The notes below the pieces were generated by a model. It saw only the letters and a program-made list of their open reading frames with translations, had not been told where the DNA came from and did no database searches. Below are positions 18,342-26,286 of a stretch of DNA of 45,889 nt, one piece after another. Positions within the stretch are counted from its first letter, which is position 1. Every line of letters starts with the position of its first letter. The translations under genes and the position numbers were made by a program. The stretch spans positions 1 to 45,889 of the forward strand of contig WFUE01000040.1 of assembly GCA_015485125.1 (NCBI GenBank), given 5' to 3'. This DNA is from Lysobacterales bacterium (GTDB lineage Bacteria > Pseudomonadota > Gammaproteobacteria > Xanthomonadales > S139-57).

Positions 18342-18547
18342 AGCCGCTTTTGTGTGTCTTCCTCATGCTCGCTACCTTGACCGGTTGCGCCACCGTGCAG
18401 CCCTGGCAACGAGGCACTCTGGCGCGAGCGGACATGCAGCTGCGCTATCCGGCTGCCGACCAAACCCTGTGTGATCACATCTTCGCCGCCAAGGAGGCGG
18501 CTTCCGGCGGCATGGGTGCCCATGGAGGGGGCTGTGGCTGCAACTGA
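18338..18547 (+). CDS. DUF4266-like lipoprotein
   Basis: Lipobox LTGC, VQPWQRGTLA..DM, KEAASGG, C-terminal GGGCGCN. Confidence 0.85.
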   Translation: MKPLLCVFLMLATLTGCATVQPWQRGTLARADMQLRYPAADQTLCDHIFAAKEAASGGMGAHGGGCGCN

Positions 18548-19697
18548 TCGCAAGCTGCGACAAGGCTTGCAGCGGCTTTCCTTGCAGGCGGCGGCATTGG
18601 CGGTTTTGCCGGTACAGGCCGCCGAGCCACCGGAAGCCGGCCTGACCCTGCGCCAGAGCTTGTATCAGGAAGCGGATTTACCAGCAGATCAGTTGCAGTT
18701 TGGCAGCAACCGGCGTTATCGCATCCACATCAGCGAACTGCAAGCCGAGCTGCCGCTGGGCCGGCGCCAGGACTGGGGCTTGCGCATCCAGGCCAGTCAC
18801 GAGAGCATGAGTGGTGCCTCGCCCATGGCCAGCATTCGTGGAGAAAACGACCAGCCACGCCTGCTGATGAGCGGCGCGACCATTCGTGAGACGCGCAATG
18901 ATCTGAATGTAGTGCTGACCTGCTACCGGCCCGCGGGCACGCAGGGGTTTTCCCTGTATCTGTCGGAGGAAAACGATTACCGCTCCCGTGGTGGCGGCTG
19001 GTTCTTCAGCCGGGATTTCGACCGCAAGCACACTACCTTCAGTCTGAGTGCCCAGGCCTATCAGGACCGGTTGCGCCCCACCGACGCCGAACTGTACGGG
19101 CGGATCATTGCAGCCAGCAAGCAGCGCCGCCTGCTGGAAGCCGGCCTGACCCGGGTGATCAATGCGGAAACCCTGGCCAGCGTGTCGATCAGCCGTACCT
19201 GGCTGGATGGTTATCTGTCCGATCCCTACAAGCTGGCGGATGTGCGCCCGGACCGCAACGGCCAGTGGACGGCCAGCCTGCAACTTCGTCATTTCTGGAA
19301 GCCCTGGCAACTGGCACAGCATCTGGACTGGCGCTACTACAAGGATGATTTCGGCACCCGGGCACATACCTGGCAGCTGTCGGCTTTTCGCCGGTTGGGG
19401 CCGGTGCATCTGGGTCTGAGCCTGCGGGCCTACCGCCAGAGCGCGGCCCGTTTCTACACGCCCTTCGCCTTTGAACTGCCGCCGGATGTGGCACAGAGCA
19501 GTGATTTTCGCCTGTCCGCCTTCGGCGCGCTGGCCGCCAACCTCAGCGCCCGCTGGCAATGGCGGGACTGGGCCCTGACCGCCGTGGCGCAGCGTTATCA
19601 TGCCGAGGCCGGCTGGGGACTGGACAGAACCGGTCCGGCCCATCCGGCCCTGCTGGATTTTTCCCGTCTGACCCTGGAGCTGCACTATCGCTTCTGA
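18534..19697 (+). CDS. DUF3570-like outer-membrane beta-barrel protein
   Basis: GTG start (AATD) after GGAGGGG; signal peptide; MSGAS and MSGAT; SEENDYRS; GYLSDPYK; SSDFRLSAFG; C-terminal beta-signal LHYRF. Confidence 0.8.
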   Translation: MAATDRKLRQGLQRLSLQAAALAVLPVQAAEPPEAGLTLRQSLYQEADLPADQLQFGSNRRYRIHISELQAELPLGRRQDWGLRIQASHESMSGASPMASIRGENDQPRLLMSGATIRETRNDLNVVLTCYRPAGTQGFSLYLSEENDYRSRGGGWFFSRDFDRKHTTFSLSAQAYQDRLRPTDAELYGRIIAASKQRRLLEAGLTRVINAETLASVSISRTWLDGYLSDPYKLADVRPDRNGQWTASLQLRHFWKPWQLAQHLDWRYYKDDFGTRAHTWQLSAFRRLGPVHLGLSLRAYRQSAARFYTPFAFELPPDVAQSSDFRLSAFGALAANLSARWQWRDWALTAVAQRYHAEAGWGLDRTGPAHPALLDFSRLTLELHYRF

Positions 19698-19701
19698 ATG
19701 G

Positions 19702-20565
19702 TTGCAGGCGGATTTCACCGCCATGGGCTGCCCCTGTGAAATACGCCTGCTGGCTGAACGGCCACGGCGGGCCATCGAGGCGGCAGTGGAAGAAATCCGC
19801 CGTCTGGAACACAAGTACAGCCGCTGGCAGCCGGACAGCTGCTGGTTACGGACGCTTTCCGCCGCCAGCAAACCGGCGGGGGCCGTACTGGATGCGGAAA
19901 CGGAACAGCTGCTGCGCTTCGCGCTGGAAGCCTGGCAGTTGACCGAAGGGCATTTCCACCCCGGTCTACTGCCACTCTGGCAATACTGGCAGCAGGTGGA
20001 GCAACCGGATGACGCTACCATTGCCGCCCTGCTGGCGCAGGCGGATTTGTCCGGGCTGCGTCTGGAAAACGGACAGCTGTGGTTGGCCGAGGGGCTGGAA
20101 CTGGACCTGGACGGGCTGGTAAAGGAATATGCCGTGGACCGGGCCACGGAAGTCCTGCTGCGAGAGGCCGGTTCGATCGCGGGTGCGCAGGTCAATCTGG
20201 GCGGGGATGTGCGCGTGGCCGGGCCCGAGCCCCAGCGGGTGGGCATCGTCAGCATGGGCGGGGTTTCCCGAAGGGTCTGGCTGCGTGATCAGGCACTGGC
20301 CAGCAGCGGTACCCGCGAGCGCGGGCGGGAGATTCAGGGCCGCTGGTACAGTCATCTGATCCATCCCCAAACCGGCTGGCCCCTGCCGGGCAGGGACTTG
20401 CAATTGAGCGTATGCTCCCCCACTTGTCTGCTGGCTGGTACACTCAGCACCGCCGCGCTGCTGATGGGGGAAGCGGGGCCGGACTGGCTGCGCCGGGCCG
20501 GCGTGCCTTTTCTCTGGCAGCAAGGTGAGCGACAGATCGACCATCTCTGGAATGACGGAGCTTGA
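19702..20565 (+). CDS. apbE: FAD:protein FMN transferase (ApbE family), no signal peptide
   Basis: FTAMGCPC, LEHKYSRW, LDLDGLVKEYAVD, VNLGGD, ASSG, YSHLIHPQTGWP. Confidence 0.88.
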   Translation: MQADFTAMGCPCEIRLLAERPRRAIEAAVEEIRRLEHKYSRWQPDSCWLRTLSAASKPAGAVLDAETEQLLRFALEAWQLTEGHFHPGLLPLWQYWQQVEQPDDATIAALLAQADLSGLRLENGQLWLAEGLELDLDGLVKEYAVDRATEVLLREAGSIAGAQVNLGGDVRVAGPEPQRVGIVSMGGVSRRVWLRDQALASSGTRERGREIQGRWYSHLIHPQTGWPLPGRDLQLSVCSPTCLLAGTLSTAALLMGEAGPDWLRRAGVPFLWQQGERQIDHLWNDGA

Positions 20566-20568
20566 AGC

Positions 20569-21528
20569 ATGCGCAAGATCGAGCAGGATTTTCGGGTGAA
20601 CTTCAGCGAAGCCGGCGTTCGCCTGGATCAATTGCTGGCCCGGCACTGGCCGGCCTATTCCCGCAGCCGGCTACAGGCCTGGTGCAAGGACGGCAGCATA
20701 CAAGTGGATGGCAAGACCGCCCGCCCCGGGCAGAAGATGAAGGGCGGCGAGCAGGTGACCCTGCGCGCGGAACTGCCGGAGGAAGGCCGGGTGGAAGCCC
20801 AGGACATTCCGCTGGACATCATCCACGAGGACGAACATATCCTGGTGATCAACAAGCCTGCGGGGTTGGTGGTGCATCCGGCGGCCGGTAACCCGGACGG
20901 CACGCTGATGAATGCCTTGCTGCACCATGACCCCGGCCTGAACGCGGTACCACGCGCGGGCATCGTTCACCGGCTGGACAAGGACACCTCCGGCCTGCTG
21001 GTGGTGGCGCGCACTCTGCCGGCGCACAAGTCGCTGGTGGATCAGCTGCACGACCGCACCGTGCACCGGGAATACTATTGCGTCACCTACGGTCAGGTGA
21101 TCGCCGGCGGTACCATCGACTTGCCCATCGGCCGCGATCCGGCCGACCGCACCCGCATGACGGTGGTGGACGAAGGCAAGGAGGCCATCACCCATTACCG
21201 GGTGGAAGACCGCTGGCAGCATTTCACCGGCCTGGAAGTGCATCTGGAAACCGGACGTACCCACCAGATTCGCGTACACATGCACTGGATCGAACACCCC
21301 CTGCTGGGTGATCCGGTCTACGGTGGTCGCCTGCGTCTGCCGCGTGGCGCCAGTGATCCCCTGAAGGAAGTCCTGCAGGGGTTTCGCCGTCAGGCCCTGC
21401 ATGCGCGCAAGCTGTCGCTGGTGCACCCCGGCAGCTTCGAGGAAGTAACCTTTGAAGCGCCCTTGACGGCGGATTTGCAGCACCTGCGGCAGGTGCTGGA
21501 TGCGGAAGATGGGCTGGCATCCGCTTGA
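20569..21528 (+). CDS. rluD: 23S rRNA pseudouridine synthase RluD
   Basis: S4 domain, NKPAGLVVHP, HRLDKDTSG, GRTHQIRVH, RQALHA. Confidence 0.96.
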   Translation: MRKIEQDFRVNFSEAGVRLDQLLARHWPAYSRSRLQAWCKDGSIQVDGKTARPGQKMKGGEQVTLRAELPEEGRVEAQDIPLDIIHEDEHILVINKPAGLVVHPAAGNPDGTLMNALLHHDPGLNAVPRAGIVHRLDKDTSGLLVVARTLPAHKSLVDQLHDRTVHREYYCVTYGQVIAGGTIDLPIGRDPADRTRMTVVDEGKEAITHYRVEDRWQHFTGLEVHLETGRTHQIRVHMHWIEHPLLGDPVYGGRLRLPRGASDPLKEVLQGFRRQALHARKLSLVHPGSFEEVTFEAPLTADLQHLRQVLDAEDGLASA

Positions 21529-22240
21529 ACTGGGCCAGCCCGCGACGGTCTGCCTGGGATACACCACCCGGGAAGGGGGTGTCAGCGCATCACCCTGGGA
21601 CAGCTACAACCTCGGCATGCATTGTGGCGACCGCCCGGAAGCTGTCGCTGAAAACCGCCGGCGGCTGGCCGAACAGGCCGGCGTGACGCCGCGCTGGTTG
21701 CGGCAGGTGCATGGCTGTGCCGTGGCGGCCCGTCCGGCAGCACACGCCGACCATGAACTGCCCGAGGCCGATGCGGCCTGGACCGACCGGCCCGGTGAAG
21801 CGCTGGCCATTCTGACGGCGGATTGCCTGCCGGTATTGTGCTGGTCGGAAAGCGGCGACTGGGTCGGCGTGGCCCATGCCGGCTGGCGTGGTCTGGCCGC
21901 CGGTGTGCTACCGGCCCTGCTGGCTGCCGCGCCGGTACCACCGGGCCGGTTGGCCTGCTGGCTGGGGCCGGCCATCGGCCCACAGGCCTACGAGGTGGAT
22001 CAACCGGTACGGGCGGCCTTCAGTCACTGGTCCGGCCCCTGGCAGGCCGCCTTTCAGCCCGCCCGGCCGGGTCACTGGCAACTGGACCTGTTTGCCCTGG
22101 CACGTCTGCAATTGCAACAGGCGGGTGTGGGGAGCATTCATGGTGGCAATGACTGCACCTTCAGCCAGCCCGAGCGCTTTTTCTCCTATCGCAGGGACGG
22201 GCGGACCGGCCGGCAGGCGGTGATGGCCTGGTTGCAGTAG
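21500..22240 (+). CDS. pgeF: Peptidoglycan editing factor PgeF (YfiH)
   Basis: TTREGGVS, QVHG, TADCLPV, HAGWRG, FFSYRR; follows rluD. Confidence 0.93.
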   Translation: MRKMGWHPLELGQPATVCLGYTTREGGVSASPWDSYNLGMHCGDRPEAVAENRRRLAEQAGVTPRWLRQVHGCAVAARPAAHADHELPEADAAWTDRPGEALAILTADCLPVLCWSESGDWVGVAHAGWRGLAAGVLPALLAAAPVPPGRLACWLGPAIGPQAYEVDQPVRAAFSHWSGPWQAAFQPARPGHWQLDLFALARLQLQQAGVGSIHGGNDCTFSQPERFFSYRRDGRTGRQAVMAWLQ

Positions 22241-22250
22241 TCTCTTTTGT

Positions 22251-22685
22251 TCAGGGCTGGTGCCGGAGCCAGTCTTCCAGCATCAGGCGGGCGGCCACGC
22301 CGTCGAGCTGGCCGGCCTGCTTGCGCCGGGTCAGCCCCTGTTCCCGGCCACTCTTGTACCAGCTTCGTGCCGCCTGGGTACTGTGGCGCTCGTCCCAGTG
22401 TTCCACCGGCAGGCCGGTACGTTCGCCCAGTGCCGTGCCGAACTGGCGGGCCTTTTGACTGGTGGGGGTCACTTCCCCCTCCGGGCCCAGTGGTGCGCCG
22501 ATGATCAGCCGTTGCGGCTTCCATTCGGCAATCAGGGCTTCCAGCCGTGGCCAGTCGGGTGCGTTCTGCACGGCGGGTACGGTGGCCAGCGCCTGGGCCG
22601 TGCCGGTCAGGGTCTGACCTACCGCCACGCCGATCTTGCGATGGCCGTAGTCGAAACCCATGACCACCTGTGCCGGGCTGTTCAT
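22251..22685 (-). CDS. ruvX: Pre-16S rRNA nuclease / Holliday junction resolvase-like RuvX (YqgF)
   Basis: GFDYGHRKIGVAVG, DERHST, DGVAA. Confidence 0.92.
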   Translation of the reverse strand: MNSPAQVVMGFDYGHRKIGVAVGQTLTGTAQALATVPAVQNAPDWPRLEALIAEWKPQRLIIGAPLGPEGEVTPTSQKARQFGTALGERTGLPVEHWDERHSTQAARSWYKSGREQGLTRRKQAGQLDGVAARLMLEDWLRHQP

Positions 22686-23257
22686 GCGTGGCCGGAATTT
22701 GGATAGATACTGTGGATATCCACGCCAGCCCGCCGCGCCGCGGCCTCCCAGCGCTTGCCACAGGGGGTGTGGAAAACCACTTCCGGATCACTGGGGCCGG
22801 TGAGCCAGAAGTTGTTTTTCACCTCCTCTTCCAGTTGCCCCGGCCCCCAGCCGGCAAAGCCCAGGGCCACCAGATGCGCGGCCGGGCCATCGCCGCGACC
22901 GATGCGGTAGAGCAGGTCCAGCGAGGAGGTCATCTGGAAATGTGCATTGATGGGCAGGGTGGCTTCGCCGGGGGTTTCCAGTGGCGGGTGGAGGATGAAA
23001 CCATTGTCTTCCTGCACCGGCCCGCCGGTCATCACCGGTTCTTCGGCCCGTTGCGGGTCGATGTCGTGCTGATCCAGTTGTTGCAGCAGTTCGCCCAGCG
23101 TGGTGTCCGAGGGGTGGTTGATGACCAGTCCCAGCGAGCCTTCCTCGCTGTGGGAACAGACCAGGACCACCGAGCGGGTGAAATAGGGCCCGGCCAGGCC
23201 GGGCATGGCAATGAGGAACTGGCCGGTGAGCTGGTTGAAATCCTGTGCCTGTGTCAT
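22682..23257 (-). CDS. yqgE: YqgE/AlgH family protein
   Basis: FLIAMP, GLVIN, GGPV, GFAGWGPGQLEEE. Confidence 0.93.
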   Translation of the reverse strand: MTQAQDFNQLTGQFLIAMPGLAGPYFTRSVVLVCSHSEEGSLGLVINHPSDTTLGELLQQLDQHDIDPQRAEEPVMTGGPVQEDNGFILHPPLETPGEATLPINAHFQMTSSLDLLYRIGRGDGPAAHLVALGFAGWGPGQLEEEVKNNFWLTGPSDPEVVFHTPCGKRWEAAARRAGVDIHSIYPNSGHA

Positions 23258-24123
23258 TGACTGGACCCCAAACGGTTGCCTGGCAGGTATTGCCAGGTTC
23301 TGGTGATGTTCAGTATATCCGTTTCCTTGAGAATGTCTTCCGGCAGGGGCGCGAAGGGCGAGGCGAGGCGGATGATGCGCAGGGTGGCTTCATCCAGTAC
23401 CCGGTGGCCGGAGGGTTGCAGAATCTCGATATTGATCACCTTGCCGTCGGCATCCAGCGCCACGGAAACCACCAGTGAGCCGGTCAGGTGCTGGCGGCGG
23501 GCCTGATCCGGGTAGTTCAGGTTGCCCACCCGTTCCACTTTTTTCACCCAGGCTTGCATGTAGGCGGCATAGATGCTTTCGCGGGTATTGGCGGAGATGA
23601 ACTTGCGCCTTGGCCGTTTGGCATAGCGTTTCAGATCCTGGTTGATTTCCGCCTCCAGCCGCGCCAGATCCATGCTTTGCTGCAGAATCCGGCCCGCCCT
23701 GGTACGGGGCTTGGGTCGGGGTTGTTGCTGTGCCAGTGCCGTGGTGCGTTGGCGGCTGTTTTGGCTGGTCAGCTCAGGGGTCTGCTGACGCTGTTCTGCC
23801 CGGGGCTGTTCATTGCGCCGTTTTTGCCGTGCCAGCCCCTTGCGCAGGGGGGAGGGGCCGGCCACCGGGCTTTGCGGCCGGTCGGGCTCGACTTCGCTGC
23901 CGCCGCCCTGCTGGTTGGCCTGGGCGAGAAAATCGGCCTTTTCCGGTGCCTGTTCGCTTTGTTTGTGTACCAGAATGACATCCAGTTCCGGCAGTGGCGG
24001 TTCCTTGGGTTTGAGACTGGCGGAAAAGCCCACGCCGAGAATGAAGATGGCATGCAGGACGATGGCCAGCGTCAGGCTGATGCCGAAACGGTCCTGGTCA
24101 TTGACGTCAGGGGTGGGTCGCAT
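23254..24123 (-). CDS. tonB: TonB family energy transducer (TonB3-like)
   Basis: N-terminal TM with conserved His, ADFLAQANQQGGG, KVERVGNLNYP, SGHRVLDEA, ITRTWQY; position between gshB and yqgE. Confidence 0.85.
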   Translation of the reverse strand: MRPTPDVNDQDRFGISLTLAIVLHAIFILGVGFSASLKPKEPPLPELDVILVHKQSEQAPEKADFLAQANQQGGGSEVEPDRPQSPVAGPSPLRKGLARQKRRNEQPRAEQRQQTPELTSQNSRQRTTALAQQQPRPKPRTRAGRILQQSMDLARLEAEINQDLKRYAKRPRRKFISANTRESIYAAYMQAWVKKVERVGNLNYPDQARRQHLTGSLVVSVALDADGKVINIEILQPSGHRVLDEATLRIIRLASPFAPLPEDILKETDILNITRTWQYLPGNRLGSSQ

Positions 24124-25075
24124 GGGCCTGTTCAATGGCATCCAGCAGTTGACCGGCGATGTTGAGGCCGAACTGGCGGTCCAGTTCGCGGATGCAGGTG
24201 GGGCTGGTGACATTGATTTCCGTCAGCCAGTCACCAATGACATCCAGGCCGGCAAAGAGCACGCCACGACGACGCAGCTCCGGCCCGACTTCGCGTGCGA
24301 TCCATTCGTCCCGTTCGGACAGCGGTTGACCCCGGCCCGTACCTCCCTTGGCCAGGTTGCCGCGAAAATCCTCCTTCGAAGGAATGCGCGCCAGCGCGTA
24401 GGGCACCGGTTCGCCATTGACCAGCAGAATGCGCTTGTCGCCCTCGCTGATTTCCGGCAGATAGCGCTGGGCCATGATCAGGTGCCGGCCTTCCTGTGTC
24501 AGGGTTTCGATGATCACGTTGAGATTGGGGTCATGTGCGGAGGAACGGAAAATGGAAGCGCCGCCCATGCCATCCAGCGGCTTGAGAATGATCTCGCCCT
24601 GCTCGGCGGCGAAGGCGCGCAGGTGTGCCCGGCTGGCGCTGACCAGCGTGGGCGCGCAACACTGGGGAAACCAGGCGGTGAACAGCTTTTCGTTGGCGTC
24701 CCGCAGTGCCTGGGGGTGGTTGACCACCAGCGCGCCCAGATCCTGCGCCCGTTGCAGCACGTGGGTGGCGTAGATGTAGTCCATGTCGAACGGTGGGTCC
24801 TTTCGCATCAGGATGATCAGACCCGCTTCCAGAGCTTGAATGGCCGCCGGCCCGAGGGGGTGGTGCTGAAAATGCACGGGCGGGCCATCCCGATATTCCA
24901 GTTCAATTTCCGTGGCCAGTGCCAGCGGCTGGCCATCACGCAACTCCAGGGCCTGCGGTTGTGTGTAGAGCACGCGCCAGCCCCTGCGACGGGCTTCCAG
25001 CAGCATGGCCAGGGTGGAATCCTTGACCGGGTGGATGCTTTCCAGTGCATCCATCACAACCAGCAGTGTTTTCAT
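24107..25075 (-). CDS. gshB: Glutathione synthetase
   Basis: VMD..KDST, MRKDPPFD, NEKL, KPLDGMGG, RGNLAKGG, EINVTSPT. Confidence 0.96.
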   Translation of the reverse strand: MKTLLVVMDALESIHPVKDSTLAMLLEARRRGWRVLYTQPQALELRDGQPLALATEIELEYRDGPPVHFQHHPLGPAAIQALEAGLIILMRKDPPFDMDYIYATHVLQRAQDLGALVVNHPQALRDANEKLFTAWFPQCCAPTLVSASRAHLRAFAAEQGEIILKPLDGMGGASIFRSSAHDPNLNVIIETLTQEGRHLIMAQRYLPEISEGDKRILLVNGEPVPYALARIPSKEDFRGNLAKGGTGRGQPLSERDEWIAREVGPELRRRGVLFAGLDVIGDWLTEINVTSPTCIRELDRQFGLNIAGQLLDAIEQAHATHP

Positions 25076-25286
25076 TGATGAACCGTGTTTGCATGTCCGG
25101 GGTGGCGCTATTGTACCCTGTGCATGGGTTCTGCTGTAAAAACATGGGCACATCTATGAACAAGGGGCGTTTTTTTTGCTATCCTCGGAAATTGCTGAAA
25201 CTTCGGCCATTTGGCCGCTATAGTTCGATAATTTTCTAGGCAACCGATGTTCGGGAGCCGCTTGACTAGCGAAGGGAAGGGTTTCT

Positions 25287-25688
25287 GTGGAAGCTACGGC
25301 AAACGAAGAAGAGTTCACCGGGCTGAAAGTGATGGTGATCGACGACAGCAAGACCATCCGCCGCACGGCGGAATCGTTGCTGAAAAAGGCCGGTTGTGAT
25401 GTGGTGACCGCCATTGACGGGTTCGAGGCGTTGTCCAAGATCGCCGACCACAAGCCGGATATCATTTTTGTGGATATCATGATGCCGCGACTGGATGGCT
25501 ACCAGACTTGCGCGCTGATCAAGAACAACAGCCTGTTCAAGCAGACACCGGTCATCATGCTGTCCAGCAAGGATGGCCTGTTCGACAAGGCACGTGGGCG
25601 CATCGTGGGTTCCGAGGAGTATGTCACCAAGCCCTTTACCCGGGACGAACTGCTTGGCGCCATTCGCAAGCATGCCCGTACTCACTGA
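25287..25688 (+). CDS. pilG: Twitching response regulator PilG
   Basis: VMVIDDSKTIRRTAE, DIMMPRLDGYQTCALIK, SSKDGLFDKARGRIVGS. Confidence 0.96.
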   Translation: MEATANEEEFTGLKVMVIDDSKTIRRTAESLLKKAGCDVVTAIDGFEALSKIADHKPDIIFVDIMMPRLDGYQTCALIKNNSLFKQTPVIMLSSKDGLFDKARGRIVGSEEYVTKPFTRDELLGAIRKHARTH

Positions 25689-25717
25689 CCACCCGTCTTC
25701 CGGGGGAGAGGATTTGC

Positions 25718-26254
25718 ATGCAGGTACAGAATGAAGCATTTGCACTGTTGCAGGATCTGGAACGCCGCAGCCTGATTCATGCGGTGGGACTGCCGGAACA
25801 GGAAGGCGCCGGAGATGCCTGGACGGGTGTGGGTTTTCGACTGCATGGACAGGCGTTGGTGGCGGCCATTGACGAGATTGCCGAAATCATGCCGCTACCG
25901 CCGGTTACGCCGGTGCCCATGGCACAGGCCTGGGTGGTCGGGCTGGCCAACGTGCGGGGCACGCTGATTCCCGTGATCGATCTGCACCATTATCTGTTTG
26001 GCGAGCCGATGGGCCGCAACAAGCGGAGCCGGGTGCTGGTGGCCCGGCATGAAAGCGGTGATGTGGGGTTGCTGGTGGAAGAGATGCTGGGCCAGCGACA
26101 TTTCACCACCGAGGACGAGGTCGAAACGCCGGTCGTGGACGAGCCCATGCGGCCACTGGTGGAAGGGGCGCTGCAGCAGGGCGAGGCTGTCTGGGCCCGT
26201 ATTCATTTTGATCGTTTGTTCGAACAGGATCGATTCATGCAAGCCGCCGCCTGA
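25718..26254 (+). CDS. pilI: CheW-like PilI
   Basis: WTGVGFRL, TPVP..WVVGLANVRG; position before pilJ. Confidence 0.9.
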   Translation: MQVQNEAFALLQDLERRSLIHAVGLPEQEGAGDAWTGVGFRLHGQALVAAIDEIAEIMPLPPVTPVPMAQAWVVGLANVRGTLIPVIDLHHYLFGEPMGRNKRSRVLVARHESGDVGLLVEEMLGQRHFTTEDEVETPVVDEPMRPLVEGALQQGEAVWARIHFDRLFEQDRFMQAAA

Positions 26255-26286
26255 CAGGCGGCCTTTGAAAACTGGGGAGTTTTTTT

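Noticed and set aside
18678-20255. 525-aa minus-strand ORF
   Set aside because: It is an antisense shadow of the DUF3570-like gene and apbE, with Ser/Arg/Ala-rich, motif-free composition.
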